A stretch of 64,000 bases of DNA from assembly GCF_964204865.1 (NCBI RefSeq), contig NC_135251.1, positions 18,352,001 to 18,416,000 on the forward strand, in the 5' to 3' direction. Within the stretch, counting starts at the first letter, position 1; each line of letters starts with the position of its first letter. The DNA is from Styela clava (Eukaryota). Below, piece after piece: positions 53,901-64,000 of this stretch. A program made the translations under genes and the position numbers. A model generated the notes under the pieces. It saw nothing but the letters and a program-made list of their open reading frames with translations. It did not search any database and was not told where the DNA came from.

Positions 53901-56900
53901 CCGGAAGTTTTTTTTTAATCTTATTACGTCAAAATATTTCACCAAACTAACATTTCCAGATATTATGTCATGAAATATAACATACATATAACACCTACTG
54001 CTAAGTTGATTTGATTAATGTTGTACAGCCAATATATCAGATAATGCGAACAGAAGAGATTTTTGATTGCGAATGTCTGACCATGTAGAGCAAACGAGCC
54101 TAAAACAATAAAATACCCTAATTTCATTTTATCATATTTTTAGCTCCTACCCAGACTAGCAAGCCCACGATACGTTGTCCAAAATTGGTGAAAGCAAAAA
54201 TTGGGGAATCAGTAAAAATATCTTGTAACGTTAGTGTGGGATACAGTGCCGTAAGCACATTTGCGATGGAAGGATCTTGGCAGCAGGTATGCATTCATTT
54301 TATAGTCCGGCAGAATCGGGCCTTAACATTGTTTTGGGACATTTTTTTTATTTTTTATTGTTCAGATATAATGTAGATGACATATATAATGATACCCAGG
54401 TGGGTGTGGAGTATATAATGTTGAGCGATTTTTTTTTAAGTGGATTTAAAATATTCGTACCAAGATGACGCACATCCTGAACCCTAACCTGGTAAACATA
54501 CAATGTTCAGGTTGTGCGTCATCTTGGTACGAATACTTCAGGAGCGCCTTTTTGTTAAAAACAATTATTTCATAACTACATGGTATAGTTTTGCATACAT
54601 AGTAACATTGAATCTTCTTACCATGTCAGAAATTCAATTTTAGTAGAATAAATGGTAGTTTATTTCACTAATACAAGCCAAGATCCATCGACAGCAACTA
54701 GCCACTTTCTACTGCGCTCTTCAAACTACATTTGCGTTGCCGCGCGCATTTTGTTTTCCTAGTTTAAGCTTAGGAACTTGGAAATATTTTATTAGTTGAA
54801 TTGGATTGGAATATTTGACCTCGTTTTTCACTCCGAACAAGGCCATGTAAAACCATCCACTGGTATCTAACGATGTGTAACGTGTTTTCTTTTGGAAGAA
54901 CCGGAACCTTTCAGTGCTGCATTGACTTTGACAAAATTAATATATCCTTGTGGAGATAGAAGGTATGCGTATGCAAAACCGAGATGTACACCTGTTATGC
55001 CAACATAGTTTATTCAAAATTTTGAATGCTAGTACATCACACACATTTTCCTGTGTGCTTCGGTTGTACGTAGTAACGCGCACATTTTTGCGCAATGCAT
55101 CAAATTCCACTTGATTATTGAGCTATAGGTTTCTGACGAGCTTTTGTGTATGATTTCATTCTATAGAATTGTATGCTGTTCTAAACAATACTAGTTTCAT
55201 CTTTTTCATTCATTCAAACCGCGTGTTGAAAGTAAGTTTTGTAATATTGCGTGTTGGTTTTCAACATCCCTAAATCGGTGATGCCAGTAAATCTTCAATA
55301 CAAAAAGATTAGTAACATCTGCAATAAAACCAGCAGCACCCACTCAAATGACAGCTGGGGGATGGATACTCCTAGTATCTGCTCCATCGCGTGCCTCTTA
55401 CAGTTCAGTTTACATGAGTGCCAATTGGCATCTCAGCTCAGCTCAGCTACAGACAAAAAGTTTCGGACTGTATATATATAAGAATTGCTGATATTGGTTT
55501 GCAATGCGATGAAATCCCATCTTGGCATTTCTGCCTCTCGCAATTGCTGCGTATACTTATCGAAGTTCTGTGGCGTGGTTATCAAATGAAAAAAAAACAT
55601 GGGACGAGTATTTTTTCTACTTCTCTACTACTATCAAACCTTGACATTTTGTGAAAACTTTTTTCCATGCAACCTTTTTTTAAACATCCCCAACAACCAC
55701 AATTAATTCTGTTATTAAACTTCCAAAACAAACACATAAAATCATCAACAGATGCATATCACTAAGTAGATATTGCTGAATTGATATTTATTTTACCATT
55801 TTTCATGTAATTCTTTTTGGTAAACCTGTTATCTATCGTAAATACAGCACATTTGACAATGTTGTAGTGTGACTTTTTTGGCCTTACATTTTTGATATTT
55901 GTAGTTAGAGCTCTTTGGGCTCTGTCAAGCAAAGTTACAATATTGGCTGTTAATTGCAAAACATGATCATGTTGTTGGAATAACTTGGCATTTTACCACC
56001 CGTATATCATTCATTGTTGAGAATATTATTGAAATCAAAAAGATTTAAAAATCCGTTTTCGTGAATTTTTTGTTGTAGCTGAATTCCAGGGACAGCATGA
56101 CAACAGGCAAGAGAAGCACGGTCGCCTCTTTTAGTTTATGACAGGGTTTCTTCAAAGGGGACCCTGTCCTCCTTGGATCGGTTATCTGGGAGAAAGAACA
56201 AACAGATGGAAATGCGAATATATAATAACAACGTATTTTTATAGAAGAGAAGAAGCAAAAGTGTTTAGAGTGTTTGGTAGTTTGAAAAGCATTGTCATGG
56301 AACATAACAATAAACTACATTCTTTCCCAGGGAAATACTATAAAATGTAGCAATTTTCTCATTCTTGTTCTCGTGATATCATTATCTTTCACTGCCCGTC
56401 GTGATCATCCCGCTGCATAACAATTCTCTCTAACAAATAATTGACTGTTCTACACCGGGTGTATATCCACTTGAACCCCTGGCGACTGCATTAGCAGGCT
56501 TGTATCGTTAATTGCAACAATAGAGGGTATTTTGAAATGGTACTCTTTATTTTACCCGTACGTTTCAACAGTATTTCTGTTTGGTGCTTCCGTAGTTTGT
56601 CGTAGGTTATGGTTCAGGTTGTGCGTCATTATGATGCACAGGTTTGACGAAAAACACTAATACAAATATCTCAACAAATACCTAAAAGTTATTGATTTTA
56701 TTTCCTAGTAAATTTGGCGCTTGCGTAGTTTGTGCACCAAGATTGCGCACAACCTGAACGTAGTATTGTAACAGGTTATGATTCAGGTTGTGCGTCATTA
56801 TGATGCACAGGTTTGACAAAAAACACTAATACAAATATCGAGCCGTAAAGAAAATTGCTCAAGGCTGCAAACTCCACACCCATGTAGAAATGATTGGCAA

Positions 56901-59900
56901 TGACCCCAAGATGAATAATCACAAATAAAAAAAACTTTATGTCTGAAATCAAACTTGGGCCAAAAAGGTCCCTTCATCTGCTGGACTATTAGTCTAGGTT
57001 GTTAATTTTATTGTACGTTCAATACAAACCTTTTTTCTACACAGATTAATCGAAATAAAACATATTCTTGTTCACATGCTGGCATTTCAACGATGCACGG
57101 ATGGAAGGAGAAAGCCCAATGCTACAGGTAGTTAGGATTCCAGCAACTTAAAAGTTGTTAATATAATTTTAGTCCCTGAAATTATATTATGTCGAAAACT
57201 AAAATTTCTGATTTAGATTATCACGCATTTTCCTTTTTACTAAAGGCTTGTTGAATCTTCAATTGACATCTATACACAAAGCCAATATATCACGCAGTGG
57301 CACTCAAATAAATAATGAATGGCTGAGTCAGTAATATCCTAACTAATACCAAACTAACCAATGAGCTCTTTTTATTTGTAGCAGTTTAGGGGTAATCGAA
57401 AACAATAGTGTTTACCCATACAAATTATGCCGTCTTTAGAAATTTCACTCAATACTTTAGAGGTGAACAACACGTCGATCGCCACGTATAGTAATTGATC
57501 GTGTCTGATGTTGAGTAATTTTGATAACACACCCCAAAAAATTGCCTTGAACCAGTTTCACAGCGCCTGTTGTATGTTTTAAAACAGGAAGAATATAGTA
57601 CGTAAAATACGATATACACATGCAGTAATTGGGTATGGACAAGCCCGATGAGTTTGTGAACACTTACATTTTTATCATCTAATTTTCACGCACAAAGAAA
57701 TTTTTATTTAATTTTTGTTCTACAACGGATTTATATCATTTTTGAATCAAGCTCTACAATTCTAGTTTTGTTTGAACAGTAATGTATCGCAAGAACACAA
57801 CGATAGGTGCTATCTTTATGAACCAACTGTTCGCGAGAAAGAACCTATTGAAAACATCTTACAAATGACACTTGAAATAAGGTAAGAGGTTATACCGTTT
57901 ATAACACATCAGTGCAATTGATCTGTGTATTTCCGCAACTTATCCTGCTACAGCGGTTTCCTTTTAGAGGTGCATGAACCAACGTGGCTAGCAGAATGTT
58001 TGGTGGTATACAATAACTATATAATACTTTCCATTTTATTATTCTCCCGCGTTCAATGCCGTTCAGAAAAATTGTATAGGCTCGAGTTAACGACCACTGA
58101 ACTCTGGGATATCAGTGGGTGGTAGAGACGTTACTACGCTTGAAAGCCGCGCTTAACTCTTTGAACTCTGACGGCTCTGAGCGAAGTTACTCGCTCACCC
58201 TGAAGGTTCGCGGCGCCGTGTTGGTAAAACAATAAAATTATTCTAAATACTGGCTATTTGGAACGCTTATAATTTTTTTACCAATTATAGTAGCACGTTG
58301 TGTGACATTTCAATCGAAAGGAAATTTTATCGTGCATTCAGAATGTATTTTCCAATTTGAAATACATTTTGTCAAAATTAATAAAATTGACCCTAATCTA
58401 ACAGTGATTTTTCTGCATGTATGTGAGTTTTGGCTTGAAATTTCGTTATTTTGGTACAAAATATACTGCCAATAATTGATGTTCATAAAGAGTTTTTTAT
58501 AAGCTCTTTGTTGATATTTGAATTACTATTGTGGCTGCCATATAACCAATTTTATATTTAAATATTCAATTGTGTATCATTGTGTCGGGTGAACAACTTC
58601 GATAAGCGGCCATGACGCACTGATTACGCAGCTACGCAAAAGCCGATCACGTGACTAACGTCATGAAGATGTTGATAAGTACGTTCGAAACGTATTGCGT
58701 GGCAAAATGCGCAAGATAACTTTCACGACGACGTTCTCAGCGGGACATCGGTCGCCGAGTTTCGATATGAAATTAACCCTGCATGGAGTGAAGTACCGAC
58801 GTCGAGTAATGCGCGCAGTAATAGCAAAGTGAAGGGAAGTTAATATCGTCATATTAAATTTCCCGTGGAAAATGTTTTATTCGCCCATCAGTATTTGTTC
58901 AAATATCAACCAAAATAAGTACTTGCCTGCTCTGCAGATCAAAATATCTGATTGTACGAATGTTAGGCGAAGCAAGTGGATGGATCAATATCTGAGAGAA
59001 CTAATAATCCAGAATGAGCAACTCTTATTCCAAGAAGATCATATGCGTCGCCAGAACTAGATACCCCCACCGCAAAACGCCAGTTCTAATAATAGATGCG
59101 TCGTATGCAGCAAAATTTACATTATTGCCAAAAATCCAATCCAGCTGCTAAAGATAAAGCGTTGCTGAAACGATGCAAGACAGTATATAAGTGCAAATAC
59201 TGTAATGAGTACCTATGTATAGGTAACGAAACCAACAACCATTGGTATAACTGGCACAACAAATTGCAATATTGGATTTAGAAGGTGTCTTTTATCTGCA
59301 TAATATTTTCATGTTCTTCATTGTTCCGGGCACAACAAAGTACAATATTCAATTTAAAAATTTTAGCAAACAGTCTTTTATGTACATACATTCTTCATGG
59401 TCTTTATTGTTCGGTTATCCGCTAATAAAATCACAATCTTGTTCCTATTGCGTATACGTAACCACAACTTAATGGGGCTTGAGCGGGCAGTCAAAGTCAA
59501 AGCGTAGTGCGAATTTTGAATGCGTAACATCGGGTCAATTAATTACTTCCTGCGGACATTTAAATAATAACATCTCGACGTAACGTTATTGCGGATATCG
59601 TCACGTTTTGTTGCATTTGCGTAATATACGTAAAGTTGTGCGTGACGAGACGTTGCCTCTCTTTAATGAGAACATCATTTTGACGCAGCGTCGCTGTTAA
59701 ATCTACAGATAATCTATTATATTTAGCCATAAAATTTGAATGGTTCATCGTAAAATCGTTTTGGATACGTATATAAAAAGCTATTCAAATTTGCCACATA
59801 TATTGTCGATTGAATATGTGGCTATTTAGGCAAGAAGTCGAAATTCTTTATATTAAATATTTGTTATCATACAATAATTTCATACGCACTTTCAAATTGC

Positions 59901-60717
59901 CAATTTCACTGGAACATCGTATATTAGAGCACCGATATTTACAATATAATTAGTCCCAATAACAAGCTTTCATGCAATACAAAATTTATTTAAATACTCA
60001 TTGTGGTTCTTGAGATACGAGATCTTAAAGTTGATTCCTTCCGACACGAAAAACAAGCCGGTAAACCGGCTTGCCGGGGCACAGAGCGTACTCAAACAAG
60101 CCGGTAAACCGGCTTGCCGGGTTCAAGAGGTTAAAAATATAATTCCTTCGGAATGAAATTATTTTCCAAACTCTTTGGAAACGATGAAAAGATTTGCTGC
60201 TGCATTATAAACGTTTTTCGCTAAATCATATGTATGCTGATCCATGTCTTCGCACATAAATTTCACGAGTGCCTTTATCTGTGTATTACGTTAGTTTTCA
60301 TTTGATATTGAATGGTGATTTAAAATTAAAGTTAGTCTTATAAAATAAAATGATATTTATGTTTGAGTGATGAATCCATTGTTCGCAATGCATATTTTTG
60401 GTCACAAATGCAAACCACAATTTCCACCCATCGCTAACAGTAAACATGTCATAAAAGGGAGTATTTTGAAATATTCCTCCTTCTCTTTTAGAGACATACA
60501 GCCTGATGATTTTGGAGAAATCAGTGTCAGTTACACATATTTCGAGGAAAACGCTACCGACAAAATAAACCTAGATTACCAAAGTAGAATCATCTTGTCT
60601 GGATACATGTACACTGTTATTGTATTATCTATTGTAGTTGGTATATTACTTGTTATTTTACTCTTCATCATGTTTAGAAGGATTGTTAAACGGGCATCAC
60701 CAGAACCATATTACTAG
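47942..60717 (+). CDS. IL-1 receptor-like protein with 3 Ig domains, a transmembrane helix and a 13-aa tail, no TIR (~420 aa). Exons 47942-47947 (tentative), 48046-48088, 51632-51771, 51955-52092, 52654-52798, 53215-53345, 53435-53540, 54144-54286, 57045-57127, 57780-57881, 60492-60717
   Basis: Signal SGLLFFIVLSTIG. NATCYYSVMKLNV, VTWYLNC, GIYSCKITY and KIGESVKISC resemble IL-1R family ectodomains. Transmembrane segment then RRIVKRASPEPYY*. Phases are consistent. Confidence 0.75.
48376..49722 (+). mobile_element. Nested non-autonomous hAT (SPIN/Buster-like)
   Basis: TIRs caggggtcaccaac / gttggtgacccctg. Remnants FHDEWE and RLTDENLQDSLRV. Imperfect TSD (tatagc core). Confidence 0.85.
49016..49296 (-). 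mobile_element. tRNA-derived SINE nested in the hAT element
   Basis: Minus strand has A-box-like tggcccatcgtg and B-box-like ggttagaatcc, followed by a unique body. Confidence 0.65.
50965..51495. mobile_element. hAT MITE (531 bp)
   Basis: TIRs caggggtcgggaacc / ggttcccgacccctg, perfect TSD ccctaagt. Confidence 0.93.
54452..54535. repeat. Foldback mini-element with 31-bp arms (30/31 match)
   Basis: tattcgtaccaagatgacgcacatcctgaac ... gttcaggttgtgcgtcatcttggtacgaata. Confidence 0.8.
56600..56838 (+). repeat. Two direct copies of a relative of the same foldback family
   Basis: aggttatg.ttcaggttgtgcgtcattatgatgcacaggtttgac..aaaacactaatacaaatatc occurs twice, about 170 bp apart. Confidence 0.75.
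58157..60130 (+). mobile_element. Non-autonomous piggyBac derivative (1974 bp)
   Basis: TTAA on both sides. Imperfect TIRs ctctttgaac / gttcaagagg. C-terminal Cys-rich remnant RCVVC..KTVYKCKYCNEYLCIG..WH near 59095-59260. Confidence 0.85.
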
Positions 60718-63100
60718 CATCATTACTTACCATATACCACTGTCTTTACTCATAGTTTCAAAAAAACAAAGTTTTCGAAATATCACAAACTTTACCAAGT
60801 ATATACGGTGTGTTAAAATAAAGCAATACATTTAAATACGTCCTCACCGGGCATGGTATTGAGTACTTTACGAAACAGATAAATCATTATCCGTTGAGAA
60901 AGTTGTAGTTAATTAATATTTTCGATTTATTATTCTGATATACTTTATAGATTTTATATCAGATATTGTGTTTTTCCTACAGTGATAACGAATTTGCAAG
61001 ATTGCAAAGAATAAACATCTAAACTGAATATTTATCGAAAGTTTCCTTGCATTTTTATTTCCGCAGGTTGTCGTGGTATTTTAGAATAGTAACGCTTTTA
61101 TGTTGTCGCGAATCGCGAGTCGACCGCGACGCTACCAGAAATAAGTATTGCTATATTTTTTCTCAAACCTGCCCCATTCCAACCTCAATCACGAACGAAA
61201 TTACAGGCAACTGATATAATATGAAGATATACAATTGCCGTGCCATGGATAATAAATAGCACAAATAAATGGTACAAACCGGACGGAAGTTTTTACTTAT
61301 GAAGTAATGACAATATATTGAGGGCGTTATATTTTGACTTTCTCAAATTTGCAACGATGAATAGATCTAGTTTGGTAAAAAAAAAAGCTTTCATCACTCA
61401 TTCATTTCCAAAGCACCAATAAATTGTTGAAAGTAAAATGAGATTGAATGCACTTATTTCTGCAAAACATATTAACATCCATTTATGACAATAAGTACAA
61501 TAGACTTACAATAATATAAGGCCGTATAATTTTGAAAGATGTTTTCAAACATTGAAATTTAAAGACCGAATTTGCAATATCAGCTAAAAGATATAACTGA
61601 AACTTGATAATACGCAGTCAAATATCAAAATAAAAAAAACTATTAGATAATTGAAAATATGTGGAAGTTATCTTCAAATTGTATATATATAGGCAGTTTA
61701 CACTAATACAATACGAGCAATGAATAAATCAAAAAAGCACGCTTGCTATAACGCCCCTAGTCGAATATCATGTGGATTACTAAACTGGTCGTACCTAACG
61801 AAGGCTAGGCCTTTAAATCATTTAATCTATTTAATGTTAAATATTTTTTTTACTATATTTCACGCCTTTATGAGAAGAAATGGAATAAATGATCGGTCAA
61901 CGTCATAAAATACAGAATTTTGCAACACTTCGAAACCTAAGGTAAGCAATAGGCAATAAGTCAACTACGAACCAATGAATTTTGTTCGGATCTCCCGCCC
62001 ACGAAGAAAGTTGTGGAAATTTCTTACAATTGCATGAGAAATTTGTTTTTTAATCTCTAGGTTCAACAATTTAATTCAGATTTAATTACAATTCAGTCTG
62101 ACACTATCGTAGCGTATGGAAATAGTAAATGTGACGTCACGTGTAGTCATGAAATGAATGGAATCTTATCTCGGTGAATTAGAGAACCAACTTTTATGTA
62201 TAACAACATTTATACGGAATACGTGGAACATAAATTTAAAATAGACAATTTAATTTTGATATGTAAATACCAAATTGAAAATCAAGCTTTCATTCAAAAA
62301 TATGTAACTAATTGTTTTAATTTTTTTCGATATCATTACGAATATACTTTTGTTAAATCCATCATATCAAAAATTAATATATATATATATATACCTGGAG
62401 TGCAAAATTGGTCTACGACAGTAGTTTCACCAATATCAAAATGCTTAATATTAAATCCTATAAATTGAATTGGAATTTGAAAGTACTAAAATGATTCAAT
62501 GACAAGAAAGTATAAAATAAAATATATATCTCTTCTGAAGCAATCGCAGCAAAGTATGAATCTTACAATCATTATTTAGTTAGCGCAATTACGATCCGCG
62601 ATTTCCGGGAACAACCCTTAGATACTCTTGCATCAGCGTGAGCCATAAATCCTATTTTCATTAAAACCATCCCATACCGCTGTATGAAGGTTATCGCATT
62701 GTTTGACGTTAAAATAACAATTGGTTCCATCAATTTTGTGTGAGCGCATCTAGAGCATCTTGCCGGCAAATTCTACCACTTAATTTGAGCGCTTGTATAT
62801 TGATTGGTGTCGCTCTCGTTAGCTTTCTAGAAGTATTATCATGTCATAACTCAATTGACTCAGAGATTGAAGCCTGATGAAATTAATAGTATGAAGCTGA
62901 TAGGACATTTTAAAATATTCTGTATCATATTTAAAGTTTGATGAATGTGAAAAAATTACATAAAGTTTAATAAAGATTGCTCGGCGCCTCAAATATTCTA
63001 GACACTTCAATAGACCACTACTGAGCGAAGATAATGAGTTGTAGTTACATTAGATGTGGGTTGAATAGTAGTTGAAATATACAGCTTATACATTTATCAA

Positions 63101-63925
63101 TCATTTCTTTTCTTCGAAATTAGGATAAATTTCGAACGACTTCATGTAGTTGCAGATTGCAGTATGACAGAATTTGTATTGTTCCTGCAATTATCATATA
63201 TTTTGTTACTCTATAGTTTTCACGATAAAAGAGTTCAAAGGAAAGTAGATATGAGTAAAAGCGAATACACGAAGATTAGAATCCCTACTATTAAACATAC
63301 GCGTCTGCATATAAATATAAAAATTACGGGGGAAAAAATCGTACACTTGTTACATAAAAACTAATTCAATTTGAGCAATCGGAATACCAGCATTGCGAGT
63401 ATTTTATACTGACATAATCTAAGGTCATATATAATGAGTGATGGTATACGATAACCAGGGATAAAACTGAAAGTTTATAACAAAGTTAATTAGTTAGATG
63501 TTTATAATATTCTTTTGAGATCTATCTAGAAATAACATTTAGAATCATTTACCAACGTCTTAACCATTCCTTGTCTGCAATCACGCAAATCTTTTACTGC
63601 GCGGAAAACATCAACTTTATTCTCATATTTCAATCTCTCTATCAAATTTGAGATTGCGCAAAATGCTCCAGTTCGTCCAGCACCATCGCTATAAATATAC
63701 GTCAAAATGGATGTTTAATGTTTGTAACATTATCACTTATCAATTGAAAATTGGCATGTATAAAAATTTATACTAAATTACGTACGTGCAGTGAATAAGA
63801 CAAGCTGATCCCCGAACACCTCTTGTATTTCTCTGCATCTCCCCAATAATATCCAATACAATGCTACCATCTTCTGGACATTGTTCATTACTCCAGTCAG
63901 AATATTGTATTTGTGTAACACGAGT
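63101..63925 (-). CDS. 3' exons of a receptor protein tyrosine phosphatase (D2 domain, PTPRA/PTPRE-like). Exons 63925-63786, 63688-63553, 63184-63101; the gene continues beyond the window
   Basis: TRVTQIQYSDW..IHCTDGAGRTGAFCA..VDVFRAVKDLR..MV..EQYKFCH..FEIYPNF. Confidence 0.9.
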
Positions 63926-64000
63926 CTGAAATAATAAAATAATCGGATGTTTGGTAAAAATTTTGAACTGTATGTTCGCCTTGATTTGTTTGTTTTGCAA

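Noticed and set aside
55133-55160. Second hammerhead (ctgacga)
   Set aside because: No stem II or GAAA follows.

Overview
AT-rich animal genomic DNA with short GT-AG introns; an invertebrate chordate such as an ascidian is my inference, not proven. The first ~28.7 kb is a tandem segmental duplication: units start at <1, 10519 and ~26030. Units 1 and 2 each carry a 6-exon IL-17-family cytokine gene; unit 3 is older and truncated. Unit 2 contains a 4969-bp Ty3/Gypsy-derived insertion (CsRn1-like integrase) that is absent from unit 1. It lacks gag, protease and RT, keeps intact integrase and class III (herpesvirus gB / rhabdovirus G-like) envelope ORFs, and is bounded by one normal LTR and one inverted, diverged LTR-like end. 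Its termini read TATAG...CTATA, with a 4-bp target-site duplication (TSD). A 638-bp tandem duplication inside IL-17 copy 2 puts a hAT dimerization domain in frame behind the IL-17 signal peptide. Further along are a secreted coiled-coil + SRCR gene, a type-B carboxylesterase, a 3-Ig IL-1-receptor-like gene with a transmembrane helix but no TIR domain, and the 3' end of a receptor tyrosine phosphatase on the minus strand. Introns and spacers hold many hAT, Tc2 and piggyBac derivatives, a solo LTR, a tRNA-derived SINE and a Penelope-type hammerhead fragment. Gene models were built by eye and family calls come from recalled motifs; no searches were run.
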